Made by a program: the position numbers and the translations under genes | NCBI RefSeq assembly: GCF_032444005.1 | Contig: NC_091288.1 | Span: 213,280,001 to 213,344,000 of the forward strand | DNA length: 64,000 nucleotides | Reading direction: 5' to 3' | From: Ranitomeya imitator | Lineage: Eukaryota | Shown: positions 1-14,600 of the stretch, piece by piece | Layout: the number at the start of each line of letters is the position of its first letter | How positions within the stretch are numbered: position 1 is the first letter of the stretch | The notes under the pieces: generated by a model | Seen by the model: only the letters and a program-made list of their open reading frames with translations | Told to the model about the DNA's origin: nothing | Database searches by the model: none

Positions 1-494
1 AATGAGCAGAAGCAACTACCAGTTAGATAATTTCTGTAAGTTTCTCCTCTTTATTTTATACTGTTTTGCATAAGTTGTATGTCTTTTTATTATATTTTTA
101 TACATTTTTCTTATTGTAAGCATTGAACCTTTTGTTATTAAAGTATAAAACTTTAACAAGTTGAACCTTGAATGTTCTAAAAGAATCCATAGCCTAAGGT
201 GTGTGAGCCTTATGAGTGATAGACATTATTAGTATTATTAGTTCCGGGACTCATCGCCCGTGTATTCGATGAGTGGTGGCAGCGTGTATGAACGGGTGTG
301 TGGCCTGGGTCGGTGTGTGATTTATGCTCCCATTACAGCATAAGACAGAGGTTGAATGCTGGACTGAGAGTGGGGAGATAGATTAACCCTTGCAGGCACA
401 ACCCCAAGTCACGTGTGAGCACAGGCACGTGACGAATAAGTTACACCACGGAGAAGGGATCCGTAACAGACAGCATCTACGAAGTATGAGAGAC

Positions 495-1143
495 AGGACA
501 CTTCCTCTATATACTACACCACACGGGACACATCCTCTATATACTGCACCACACGGGACACATCCTCTATATACTACACCGCACCAGACACATCCTCTAT
601 ATACACCGCACCGGACACATCCTCTATATACAACACCGCACGGGACACATCCTCTATATACTACACCACAGAGGACACATCCTCTATATACTACACCACA
701 CGGGATACATCCTCTGTATACTACACCACATGGGACACATCCTCTGTATACTACACCACACGGGACACATCCTATATATACTGCACCACACGGGACACAT
801 CCTCTCTATACTGCACCACACGAGACACATCCTCTATAAATACACCACACGGGACACATCCTCTATATACACCACACTGGACACATTCTCTATATACTAC
901 ACCACACGGGACACATCCTCTATATACTACACAACATGTCCTCTATATACTACACCACAAGGGACACATCCTCTATATACTACACCACACGGGACACACT
1001 CTCTATATACTGCACCACACCGGACACATCCTCTATATACTACACCACACGGGACACATCCTCTATATACTACACCACACTGGACACATTCTCTATATAC
1101 TGCACCACACGGGACACATCCTCTATATACTACACCACTCGGG
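495..1143. repeat. 30-bp minisatellite (consensus ACGGGACACATCCTCTATATACTACACCAC)
   Basis: About 21 tandem units, seen directly. The 10-aa periodicity (HPLYTTPHGT) of the overlapping ORFs is a by-product. Confidence 0.95.
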
Positions 1144-1620
1144 AGGTATGATGATAAAGCATAATTTTTTGCCTCGTCTTTTATTATTTCTTTTATTGTG
1201 TTCACTAAAGGGGTTAACTAGTGGGACAGTTTTATAGGTCGGGGCATTATGGACGCCGCGCTTCCAAATATTTGTAAATTTTTTTCATAAATATATTGTA
1301 CCCATGAATAAATATTTGTATTATTATTTTTATTATTTTTTTTTTAGCTTTTTTACTTAGTCCCACTATGGGGCTTTCAATTTCTGCAGTCTGATCGTTG
1401 TTATAAAGCATTGCAATGCTCCTGCAATGATACATCCAAGGTTGTGAAGAGGTTAATTTATCAACAGATTTATTAATCTCCGGAGAATAAATCACGGTGG
1501 TAGAAAAGGAACCAAAACGAGGATGTAATGCAATTCATGATTACAGAAACATTTAGAAGTTTTAATGGATTCTTGATATTTATTAATAATAGCAAATTCA
1601 GCTAATGATAGATGTTCCAC

Positions 1621-2170
1621 TCAGACAGGTTGATGATGAGACACATAACACCGAAGATATTGCTCGAGTGTTTGATTAGTACATTCTGTCTGACCGTTGG
1701 ACTTTGGGTGGTAGGCAAAAGAAAAAGACAACTCAATATTTTTTTTTTTTACAGAATACCCTCCAAAATCTGGAAGTGAACTGGGTCCCCTGGTTGGAAA
1801 CAACTTAAGGTTTCAGAGTTAGGCAACAAAGAGACAAAATGACAGTTTACTAAACCTGTCAACCACCACCCAGATAACAGTCTTCTCTTCTGAGGGTGGG
1901 AGGTCAGTAACAAAGTATATGGAGAAATGGGTCCAAGAACTCCTAGGAGCAGGTAGAGGCTGTAGAAAACCAGTAGGACAGGTTAGGGGCGTCTTGGCTT
2001 GAGCACATATTTCCGACAGTCTTTAACTATGGTTGGCCACCAAAAGTTCCTGGTTACCAGTCGATGGTATTGTTAATACCAGGGTGACCTGTAGGCATAG
2101 AATCATGAAACCCATGAAGAATACATAGGCGAAACTGGGGAGGAACAAATAGCTTTTGGGTAGGAGTCGT
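1621..2170 (-). mobile_element. Degraded Ty3/Gypsy LTR-retrotransposon integrase fragment
   Basis: Minus-strand translation across frameshifts gives [23 protein letters not shown] (zinc-binding region), [30 protein letters not shown] and AYHPKSNGQTECTNQTLEQYLRCYV. These are typical Gypsy integrase motifs. The relic may extend to about 2560. Confidence 0.85.
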
Positions 2171-2677
2171 GTCAGGGGCTAACTCTTGGGATCTACGGCT
2201 CTTTTCTACAAGATCTAAGAAACATAAGACACAACTATACCATCAGCTGGAATAGGAACTGGAACAGAGTGGGGAGAATGGGTCAGTTTTCATGTCTTTA
2301 GTACCAGGTCTGAAAGTTACAAATTCACAAAACTATATCTGGCAGCTTCCAGCAGTAAGCTGGAAGATAAGTAGGGTGTGGTGCTCTCCATTTGGCGGGA
2401 GCATGGAGCTGATAACTCCAGCTGCACAGAACACAACCTATTCTGTCAGAATTGGACGGCACTGCAGGTCCCAACCACCCTAATTAAGATGTCTGGATAG
2501 AGCCTGCGTCGTCCAGAACCTTTGGTCCCAACATCTCTTCTATTACCAGCGCTGTCCATATAATGAATACGGCAGCGCTTGTTGACATTGCAGGAACAGG
2601 TCCTGGTGGCGATGTGACAACAGTATGTTTCATGGCATTGAGTGAATGTTAGATCAGCTGCTTTCTTTCTTTTTCAG

Positions 2678-5600
2678 CTTGACCCAGATAACACAGGTTT
2701 TGTATGTGCCGAAACCTTTGCCGCTCTGGTAAATAACAATGAGCTGCCCCTGGACCCCGCTAAGTTGGAGATGTTATTTGCTCTGTCACAGGGCAATGAA
2801 GAGGGGCAAATCTGCTACCCGCAGCTTGTGGACCTGGTGAGCAATGTAATATCCCTTTAACAAAAATCTTCTATAACTTTGAAGTATATTTTGTGTTAAA
2901 ATCTCTAATCGTTTTCCAGATTTCTGCTTGCTGTCAGTTTTCCTTACCTTCGTATTACTGGTTGTTCTGAAATAAGAGAATTATTTACTGTCTTAAATTG
3001 TGAGAAGATTAGTAACCTGCTTGGTGGTGGTTTCCACGAGACACCAAGGGAATGGATTAGGCTACTTTCACACTAGCGTTTTTTGCAATGCGTCGTTTAG
3101 GGGAAAAAACGCATCCTGCAAAGTTTTTTGCAGGGTGCGTTTTTGCCCCATAGATTAACATTAGCGACGCATTGCAACGCATTGACACACGTTGCAACCG
3201 TCGTGCGACGGTTGCACCGTGTTGTGGCGGACCGCTGGGAGCAAAAAACGTTACATGTAACGTTTTTTGCTGCCAACGGACCGCGTTTTCCCGACTGCGC
3301 ATGCGTGGCCGGAACTCCGCCCCCACCTCCCCGCACCTTACAATGGGGCAGCGGATGCGCAGGAAAAATGCATCCGCTGCCTCCGTTTCTCTGCTAGCGT
3401 CAGAACCTCGGCCCGACGCACTGCGACGGGCCAAGTCCGACGCTAGTGTGAAAGTAGCCTTAGGGGATGAATGCATAATAGATAGCATCTGAAAATTATC
3501 AATGACTTTCTGATATGGAAACGTTACTGTGACTCCACAGATAAGCAGCAAAAGGTCCAGTAGTTTCCGCAGAGCCATTAGCAGCGGCCAGAGAGCGCTC
3601 CCTCGCGATGTGCTGCTGGATCAAGCTGGGCTGGGCGTCTATAAAAGATTTGTACGTTATGTGGCATATGAGATCCTGCCCGGGGAGATGGAGAGGCGGT
3701 GGTACTTCTACCAGCATCGCCCATGTCCACCACCTGTATTCATGGCAGCCGTGACTTTGACACAGGCAAGTATTCACTAGGAACAGGTGTAGATGGTAAA
3801 TGCGTCTGTTTCCTAACATAACCTTTTCTCTATCTCTCATCCATCAATGTATGTATCACTCTCATATCTATCTACACTCGTCCACATTGGAATTACAATA
3901 CCAAGAAGTTCTTGAATTGTGGAAATCTCCGTACGGAGACATTACTGATCTGGAAAGAAATATTCAAAACATCTGGAATTCTTCAGTTTGGAGTAGGAGC
4001 CACGTGCAGAAATCCTGGCACTTTCAGCCTCGGCTGCTATCACTGAGGTCTTTTATCTTTGCCTGAGGAAGGTTCTGCTGCTGCATGCGTTTGGACAAAT
4101 CATCAAGATCAGCTGCTGGCATCTCCTGTGTAATCAGCCACCAATAATGTCACAGATGTGCTCGATGGGAGACAAGTCTGGAGAGGCTGCAGCCATGGGA
4201 GCATGTTCAAGCCACCGCAGGCTGCTCACAGCCACGACTGGTTCCAGCAACTAATCAATGTAACGTTGAGTTCTTAGTGTACCTGGAAATAAGACTAGAG
4301 GGGTCCGGCTACTGTACATTGTCACCCCACCCCATAATCCCAGGAACTGGACCGATGTGACATTCCCTAGTGAAGGCCTCTTCATGGTGTTGTCCATGTG
4401 GTCTTCAGACCAATCTTTGGCTATCATTTCATCCAAGGCAAAAACGTAACTCGTCACTGAGAGACTTCCATTCCAGCCTCTGACATTCATTAGGAGTCAA
4501 CACATGGGCAACTCCATGAAGAGGCTTTCCTTATGGATTGTCATACTGGTCCTACTCCCAGGATTATGGTGTATAGTGGCATACCATCCTGTAATCATTG
4601 ATTACACAGGAGCTGCCAGCAGCGGATCCTGATGATTTGCACAAGTGAATTCAGCTGCAGAACCTTCCTCAGACGGCCATTAATAACTCACTGATAGCAA
4701 CCGAGGCTGGAAGTGCAGTGTGTCACTCATACTCCAGCCGGAAAAAATTCAGATGTTTTGAAAATGTTGTTTCCAACCTGTTAATAACAGGTCTATCCAT
4801 GCTGTGATTGCATCATTCCACGATGATCAAGGCTATCTCATATACAGTACTGTGCAAAAGTCTAAAGAAGGTGTGGAAAAACTGCAAAGTAAGAAGCTTT
4901 CATTTATACAAGTATTACTTTATTTTGTATCTATTAACAAGTTACAATTAAGTGAATGAATAAAAGAGAAATGTAAATTCTCTGTCTGTCGCCTCCATCA
5001 TCAGTATCTGGTGAGCGCCCATCACCTTCATCATCAAAATCTAGTGACCTCCCGTCTCCTCCATCATCAGTATCTGGTGAGCGCCCGGCTCCTTCATCAT
5101 CAGCACCTGGTGACCGCTTGTTGCCTTCCTCATCAGTTTCTGGTGAGCGCCTGTTGTCTCCATCATCAGTATCTGGTGAGCGCCTGTTGTCTCCATCATC
5201 AGTATCTGGTGAGCGCCTATTGTCTCCATCATCAGTATCTGGTGAGCGCTTGTTGCCTCCCTCATCAGTATCTGGTGACCGCCTGTTGTCTCCATCATCA
5301 TCTGGTGAGCGCCTGTTGTCTCCATCATCAGTATCTGGTGAGCGCCTGTTGCCTCCCTCATCAGTATCTGGTGAGCGCCTGTTGTCTCCATCATCAGTAT
5401 CTGGTGAGCGCCTGTTGTCTCCATCAGTTTCTGGTGAGCGCCTGTTGTCTCCATCATCATCTGGTGAGCGCCTGTTGTCTCCATCATCAGTATCTGGTGA
5501 GTGCCTGTTGCCTCCATCATCAGTATCTGGTGAGCGCCTGTTGTCTCCATCATCAGTATCTGGTGAGCGCTTGTTGCCTCCCTCATCAGTATCTGGTGAG

Positions 5601-8600
5601 CGCCTGTTGTCTCCATCAGTTTCTGGTGAGCGCCTGTTGTCTCCATCAGTATCTGGTGAGCGCCTGTTGTCTCCATCAGTTTCTGGTGAGCGCCTGTTGT
5701 CTCCATCATCAGTATCTGGTGAGCGCCTGTTGTCTCCATCATCAGTTTCTGGTGAGCGCCTGTTGTCTCCATCATCAGTTTCTGGTGAGCGCTTGTTGCC
5801 TCCCTCATCAGTATCTGGTGAGCGCCCATCTCCTCCTTCATCAGTATCTGGTGACTGCTTGTTGCTTCCCTCATCAGTATCTGGTGAGCGCCTGTTGTCT
5901 CCATCATCAGTATCTGGTGAGCGCCTGTTGTCTCCATCATCAGTATCTGGTGAGCGCCTGTTGTCTCCATCATCAGTATCTGGTGAGCACTTTTTGCCTC
6001 CCTCATCAGTATCTGGTGAGCGGCTGTTGTCTCCATCATCAGCACCTGGTGACCGCTTGTTGCCTCCCTCATCAGTATCTGGTGACCGCCCGTCACCTCC
6101 ATCATCAGTATCTTGTGACCGCTCCTTGTCTCCATCATCAGTATCTGGTGAGCACCTGTTGTCTCCATCAGTATCTGGTGAGCGCCTGTTGTCTCTATCA
6201 TCAGTATCTGGTGAGCACTTGTTGCCTCCCTCATCAGTATCTGGTGAGCGGCTGTTGTCTCCATCATCAGTATCTGGTGAGCGCCCGACACCTTCATCAT
6301 CAGCACCTGGTGACCGCTTGTTGCCTCCCTCATCAGTATCTGGTGACCGCCCGTCACCTCCATCATCAGTATCTGGTGACCGCTCCTTGTCTCCATCATC
6401 AGTATCTGGTGAGCGCCCGTTGTCTCCATCATCAGTATCTGGTGAGCGCCTGTTGTCTCCATCATCAGTATCTGGTGAGCACTTGTTGCCTCCCTCATCA
6501 GTATCTGGTGACCGTCCGTCACCTCCATCATCAGTATCTGGTGACCGCCCATCACCTCCATCATCAGTATCTGGTGACCGCCCATCACCTCCATCATCAG
6601 TATCTGGTGACCGCTCCTTGTCTCCATCATCAGTATCTGGTGACCGCCCGTCACCTCCATCATCAGTATTTGGTGACCGCTCCTTGTCTCTATCATCAGT
6701 AGTTGGGGACTGCCTGTCGCCTTCATCATCAGTAGCTGGTGACCTCCTGTCGCCATCATCATCAGTAGCTGATGACCGCCCATCACCTACATCATCATTA
6801 TCTGGTCAATGCCCATCGCCTCCATTATCAGAATCTAGTGACAGCCCGTCACCTCCATCACTTCTGCTCGTCTCTTGTACTCATGTTATGGAGGATCTCG
6901 GCAGGAGGTTCTATTAAACATCTTGGAGAGCTGACCCCAGATCTTCTGTGTATGAGGCTTGTGCGGATCCTTCTGTCAAGTGATCCCAGACAGACGGGAT
7001 GATGTGAGATCAGGGCTCTGTGGGGCCGGATCGTCACCTCCAGGACTCCACGTTCTTCTTTACACTGATGATCGCTCTTAATGACATTTTGCCCTATTCA
7101 TCATTTGTGATATATTGATGTCACTTTTGTTTTTTTTCCACTTAATATTCGCTGATGTTTTTTGAGGCAGTTTCTTCAAAATGACACACACTGTCCATGA
7201 ATTTAGTGCAAAAAACCCCCCCAAAAAGCTCTTTATTTTTTATCTTTAGCAGGTTTTTACGTGTTTTTACCTCCAAAAGTCACAAATCCATTAAAAAGTA
7301 GCAAAACCGTGCCACAATTGAAAACTCCTTCAAAAACCTCACTCCAGGCAGAGACTGAAGATGTTCACCTTCCAAAAAAAGGCGACATTTGATGAAAGTC
7401 ATATTTCCAGAATCTGTCCAAAACATCCAGATAATAAAAGTTGAGGAAAAAATAAAACAAAGACTTATAAAAACAAACAAACTGAAAAAGTGGCACATAA
7501 TGTGTTGAAAATAATGGGGCCAAATACTAAAGCTGTTGAAAAGGAGAAAATTACGCCAAAAAAATTGGAGAAACAGCAATGATGAGTTGGGGCCATTAAG
7601 TTGGTTGTTGTCCGGCTGCAGAATCAGACGCCTCCGTGATGTATCACATGATGGAGAAGCATCGGCCTCATTTTCTCGGCCCTTTTTTTTTTGGCCACAA
7701 TTCTCTCATGAAGATGACTTCTCCGAACAGTAGATGGGTGTAGCTGGGTTCCACCGGTTGCTGCTAGCTCCGAGCCATTGCTGGATATCTGCCGATTTAG
7801 ACAAGTAACACGATGTGACTTTCATCTGCTGCCAATTTCATGGCGTTCTAATTGCGGAAAGATCCCGGAAGATACTTATCCATCATACAATACCATCCGG
7901 GAGGCATCTGATTGTCACCAAATTTATTCTGCAGCCTGACAACGACCCCTCATTTTGCGGGTGATGATCTGGTCTCACATCATCCAGTCTGTCTGGGGTC
8001 ATAAGAAGATCTGGGGTCAGTTCTCCAAGATGTTTGGGACCTCCTCCTGACAGCAGGGCTTTGTTTAGTAGTTGAATGAGAGTGCAGGATCCTGCCCGGC
8101 TACCTTAGTGGTTAATAGTCCACTGGCCTTCTTCTGCTGTTCTTAGGCCTGTCTCATCCACTCTAGATCATCGTGTTCCTGTGTTACGGCATCAAATTGA
8201 ACAAGTGGGTGTTACAGACGTACCACCCCGAGTACATGAAGAGCCCCCTGGTATACCACCCGGGACATCGAGCCAGAGCCTGGCGCTTCCTCACGTATAT
8301 GTTCATGCACGTTGGGTAAGTGCCGCCCTCAGCTGACTCCATAAGGGTTCTTTGGGGTAGGCGGTGTTGGAAAAAGCGACAACTGGAGCTCTACTTATGA
8401 TATATGTACAGAGAGGTTGTCAGAAGGCATAAAATGGGGCAGGTATATCCAAAATGGCACCCTTACAGACCGCCTTTCAGCTCCATAACCTAAAAAGTGA
8501 TGCAGTCATCATTGTGGGAGTGTTGACCCAACGTGTCATTGGCAGCTACCCTGCTTGTTGACGGTTTCCACAAAGCACTAGGAGGAGGCTAAAGTAACCG

Positions 8601-11600
8601 ATAATGCAGATAATATAGGTTAGCCGTTTTTTTTTTTTTAACACTTCTTTGGCGTCACGGTGCAGTATTTTCTCCGCCACAATCTCTGTTCCTCTCCTGC
8701 GGGTTTTACTGAAGGATGGAGATTTCGTGAGGCAAATCTGCTCGGAGATACAGGAGATATTTTTTTAATGTAATTTCCATGGTAACCAGGTACTTGAGAT
8801 CGTACGTGGAGGACTCTATAGATGTTTTTGAAGGATCCTGGTGCATTAAACCTCAATCCTCGGCTAGAAAACAAAAAAACAAAAAAAACAAGTCGCTTCC
8901 TCTGTAAATCAGGCAGAAAGCAAAATGAAGACATAATAGTGGAAAATTTGCACAACAAATTTCTTAATATTTATTTCTTTGCAGTCACCTAAAAATAACA
9001 ACAAAACATTTGACGTCCCTTAAAGGGGTGTGGTCACATTTAGGCTAAGCCCCGCCCAGTTTGTTACATGGAGGGAGCGTAAATACTTTTGCGGCACTGA
9101 TGTAATATCACTGGATGAAGGGTAAAGAGGGGAACTTATTCGGACATTGCACAAGAGGATCTGTCAGAAGTTGCCTGCTTGTTGACGGTTTCCAGTACTG
9201 GATACGGACAGTAAGTCTTTTCTCAGCCAAAACCTTAATGGACAAACAGAGGAATGGTTTTGGGTGGTTGAGAGGTTAAATGAGACCGGCGTCAGATCCC
9301 GTGCCAGATTTGCAGTTTAGGAGTCCGGGAAAGCCAGGTGACAACCTCGCGGCAGCGGTAATGGAGGCCGTGTGCAGCCTATATGGCGGTGAAACGTTTC
9401 CCTGTGTAGTACGTTAATTCCCATTTCTCCGCGCTCCCTCGCTCTTCTGCTTTATTGAACCACCCAGGGCCTTGTTCTGTGCATTGATCCCAAGGCCGTA
9501 GTGGTGGTTGCCATGGTATCACAAGAGCGTAACTGTGACATCCTAATTATATGACTCGCAATGGTTCATCCTCATCTTAGGAGGGGCGAGAAATGTGTGA
9601 GCCGCCACCGCCAGGTCTTCATATAGCAGTAGTATTATTATTAGTGTAGGCCGGTGGAGGTTGTACGGACCTGAAGCCTCTACCACATCCATCAGCCCCA
9701 GCTCCTGAGCACGGTCTTCAGCCTGCCGGGACTTCTTGACCACTACATTGTGCACCACTAGGCGGCGCTCTGGAACTTCCTGGTGTTATTTTCACGTCAT
9801 TTCCTGTATACGTTGGAGGGGATGGCGGAATACAGATCTGACTTTAAAGGGGACCTCTGCTATTTAGAACCGGCTCTGTAAATGTAAAAATTCAGCATCC
9901 GTGTAAACATATCTTCGGTATTTTTATGTGCCTTTAAAGTAAAGTCCTGATAAATGGAAGATCAGCGTTCACATCGGCAGTGTAAACACGCCGCCAAACG
10001 ATCTTTTTATCATGCGACGTGTTTCTGACAAGCACCGAACGATCACGTTAATGATCCCTTTTGTGAACGGGGCCATAAACGATCGACTTGTACATAGTAA
10101 GTGTATGGGCCTGTACTTTCCACCCTGATTTTACTCTGTTTATACACTGAATTAGTCATCATGCTGCTGTTGACAGACCTTCTTGTTTTACTTTCTAGCT
10201 CGTGTGAACGTATATAGCTCATCGCAGCTATACAAGCTACCGAAATTGGGAATGTGTGTGTTAAAGGGACATTGCCATCATAGTAAAATCGGTTGTCAGG
10301 TGACCCGGGGCTACTACCCTGTCCCTAATACTAGGGGGCGCCCTATTCCTCGGGATACTTCTGAAGGTGAAGATGCCGGGGCCTCCACCCTTGCTTTATC
10401 TCCTGAATCAGCCCTCCATCTGTTCCCTTCCCCCACCCAGGGAAGAGGGGAGCAACCGTGCACCGCAGTACACCAACCAAACAAAAAAGGCACTTGAAAA
10501 TACCAGGCATATAAATATTCACTCACATATAATAGAAGAATGCACGGGGAGTGGAGGATGGGGAAAAAAAAACAAAGAAAGAGGGAATGGAATTATCACA
10601 CTTCGAAACCACGCAACACATCACAGATAATTCCACCAAACACCTCTCCTCCAAGCCATGCAGCATAAGCTAGCTCTGACAATGTATTTCAGTCAGGACC
10701 TAGGTTATATAGGTGATAGGAGTGGCTAACCGAGCTCAGCTGAGAGCCCAGAGTCGCCAACATGACAGATTAACCCCTGTACTGCCAAATAAAATTAACA
10801 CCATTAAAAAAAAAAGGTGAAGTGCTTATTTTCAGCGCAGGAGTAGGAGCAATCAAACGCTGCGGTCTTCTGGCTCCTCACCGAGACAGGCGGTCTGATG
10901 TCCGAATTTCTAACTGATCCAAAAGATGAAAGGACTGCAGTGGTGAGCGAGCGCTGCAGCTTCTTTAATGTTTTTCCTTCTCCACAACCCTCTGTGCAGA
11001 GATTTCCGCTAAATTACATCCCCGCACAGCTGGAAATTCAAGAGGCAAAAGTTAGTAGTCCGTGGCAGCCAGACCCCAGTCCGGCAAACTGTTTCCACCT
11101 GTCGACATCTCCGATATTTCCTCTGATTAGCAGCCCTGATGCTGCTTCATGTGTGTGTCACACTGGGCCGACTAATTAGAAGAGGAATGGAGATAAAAGC
11201 CGGTTCGCAGCGCTCTGGTCCAGTGGCCACGGACTACGAACTTAGGCCCTGGACCAGGGTCCTGCAAATATTTTGTGCTTCTAGATAGTGAAAATTTGGA
11301 AGGGGGGGGGGGAAATCAAGGCCAAATTAATTGAAACCTTCATTTTCAGAATGCAGGGTGTCACAGAGGTCGGACCTCAAGGCTGAAAATGTTTCCATCG
11401 TTAGATATTTTAGTCCAAATATCAAAAAAACAAAACAATCGATAGCAGCTTGCGGACAGTTTCCATGAACAGTTTTATTAACTAGCACACGACACTGAAG
11501 TGGATTTCACATTGCTGTAATTACTAACCGTGGGTTATGGGATATTTCTCCGCCGCCATCGAAGGTGGAAGCGATTTTTTAACATCTTGTGCTTAATGCA

Positions 11601-14600
11601 AATAGAGGCGGATTATTTCAGAAATACGACCACTTGCCAAAGCGAATAGATGTTTCTGAAGGAACTGCGGCGACGATGGCTCCGGGCGCTCAGCCAGGAA
11701 ATACGACTTTACTCTCACACTTAGAGATGACGCCAGGAGTCATTTTTAATGGCGCACGCAATAACAAAACTCCTGAACCTGAAAAGGCTTCACTCAGCAA
11801 AGCCCCCGCCGCCGTTCACAGGGGATCAGACAAGAGCACGTAGAGGCTTAATAGAGGCTTCCGTGACCGGGGGTGAAATCACTGAGTCGCAGCTTCATAT
11901 TCGTGCTCGGTGTTTACTTGGTTAAGTTTTTTGTTAAAGAAATGGCGCATTAATCGGACGATGGATCAGCGAGTCGCAGAGAAATCTAGAATATTTTCTA
12001 CAGAGGTAAAGGAAAGAAATGCAGAGGAGGAGAATGTGGAGAAGGTAGAACATGATGGCTGCAGACAATTCCGATAAATAAGATCGATAGTTAGAAAGTG
12101 ACAACCACTCTCACCACAGGTATCAGATCAGAGTAGTCAGACTTTCTGGCCATTGCATGAGAATGAATGTGGCTGAAAACAAAAGCACTAACGAATTTAC
12201 TAATTACTGACATCACCTCGATCTGCTCTACAATTGACCCTTTATGTGACATTTCCAGCTTGGAGCAGCTCGGCTTTAACACCCTCCTCCAGCTAATGAT
12301 TGGCGTGCCGCTAGAGATGGTTCACGGGGTGCTGAGGATCAGCTTCCTGTACCTGGCCGGGGTGCTGGCGGGTGAGTCCATCATCTTACCAGCTACAGAA
12401 ACAATATTTTTAATCAGAGACAAAAATTAGTGTTCATTGTAACCTCAAGTCAAGGGAAGTGAAAACTGTTCTATGCACATTTCTGTCTCACAGGCACAGT
12501 TGTCACCTTTCAAGACATTCAACTATTGCTCGACAAAACCGTGAAAAATATCTCTACTGTACTAACTAATACTGTCCCCCATGTACAATAATATAACTAC
12601 TATAATACTGCCCCTATGTACAAGAATATAACTACTATAATACTGCTCCTATGTACAAGAATATAACTACTATAATACTGCCCCTATGTACAAGAATATA
12701 ACTACTATAATACTGCCCCTATGTACAAGAATATAACTACTATAATACTGCCCCTATGTACAAGAATATAACTACTATAATACTGCCCCTATGTACAAGA
12801 ATATAACTACTATAATACTGCCCCTATGTACAAGAATATAACTACTATAATACTGCTCCTATGTACAAGAATATAACTACTATAATACTGCTCCTATGTA
12901 CAAGAATATAACTACTATAATACTGCCCCTATGTACAAGAATATAACTACTAACTAATACTGTCCCCCATGTACAATAATATAACTACTATAATACTGCC
13001 CCTATGTACAAGAATATAACTACTATAATACTGCTCCTATGTACAAGAATATAACTACTATAATACTCCTCCTATGTACAAGAATATAACTACTATAATA
13101 CTGCCCCCTATGTACAAGAATATAACTACTATAATGCTGCCCCTATGTACAAGAATATAACTACTATAATACTGCTCCTATGTACAAGAATATAACTACT
13201 ATAATACTGCCCCCTATGTACAAGAATATAACTACTATAATACTGCCCCTATGTACAAGAATATAACTACTATAATACTGCCCCCTATGTACAAGAATAT
13301 AACTACTATAATGCTGCCCCTATGTACAAGAATATAACTACTATAATACTGCTCATATGTACAAGAATATAACTACAATACTGCCCCCTATGTACAAGAA
13401 TATAACTACTATAATACTGCCCCCTATGTACAAGAATATAACTACTATAATACTGCCCCCTATGTACAAGAATATAACTACTATAATGCTGCCCCTATGT
13501 ACAAGAATATAACTACTATAATACTGCTCATATGTACAAGAATATAACTACAATACTGCCCCCTATGTACAAGAATATAACTACTATAATACTGCCCCCT
13601 ATGTACAAGAATATAACTACTATAATACTGCTCCTATGTACAAGAATATAACTACTATAATACTGCCCCCTATGTACAAGAATATAACTACTATAATACT
13701 GCCCCCTATGTACAAGAATATAACTACTATAATACTGCTCCTATGTACAAGAATATAACTACTATAATACTGCCCCCTATGTACAAGAATATAACTACTA
13801 TAATACTGCTCCTATGTACAAGAATATAACTACTATAATACTGCTCCTATGTACAAGAATATAACTACTATAATACTGCTCCTATGTACAAGAATATAAC
13901 TACTATAATACTGCCCCTATGTACAAGAATATAACTACTATAATACTGCCCCTATGTACAAGAATATAACTACTATAATACTGCCCCTATGTACAAGAAT
14001 ATAACTACTATAATACTGCCCCTATGTACAAGAATATAACTACTATAATACTGCCCCTATGTACAAGAATATAGCTACTATAATACTGCTCCTATGTACA
14101 AGAATATAACTACTATAGTACTGCTCCTATGTACAAGAATATAACTACTATAATACCGCCCCCTCTGTACAAGAATGTAACTATTATAATACTGCCCCTA
14201 TGTACAAGAATATAACTACTGTAATACTGCCCCCTATGTACAAGAATATAACTACTATAATACTGCTCCCTATGTACAAGAATATAACTACTATAATACT
14301 GCTCCTATGTACAAGAATATAACTACTATAATACTGCTCCCTATGTACAAGAATATAACTACTATAATACTGCTCCTATGTACAAGAATATAACTGCTAT
14401 AATACTGCCCCTATGTACAAGAATATAACTACTATAATACTGCTCCTATGTACAAGAATATAACTACTATAATACTGCCCCTATATACAAGAATATAACT
14501 ACTATAATACTGCCCCCTATTTACAAGAATATAACTACTATAATACTGTCATGTAGGTACAAGAATATAACTACTACTAGATGGTGGCCCGATTCTAACG

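Noticed and set aside
1-467. Possible LTR (TGTTACG end on the minus strand, TGGTGGCAGCG near 275)
   Set aside because: Cut by the window edge, with no second LTR or target duplication to confirm it.
1-2677. First coding exon of RHBDL1
   Set aside because: No sequence resembling the orthologous N-terminus followed by a phase-0 donor was found, so it is presumed to lie upstream.
5011-6917. Three overlapping ORFs of 563-599 aa (His/Cys-rich, Ser/Pro-rich, Met-rich)
   Set aside because: Translations of a 33/30-bp minisatellite in an RHBDL1 intron. They are open in several frames on both strands only because unit lengths are multiples of 3.
8550-9194. Exact 21-bp direct repeat CCTGCTTGTTGACGGTTTCCA (8550, 9174), with a similar copy near 3015
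   Set aside because: Most simply remnants of a common dispersed frog repeat. No further structure.
10294-10767. Possible solo LTR bounded by TGTCA...TGACA
   Set aside because: The flanks show no target duplication and the boundaries are uncertain.
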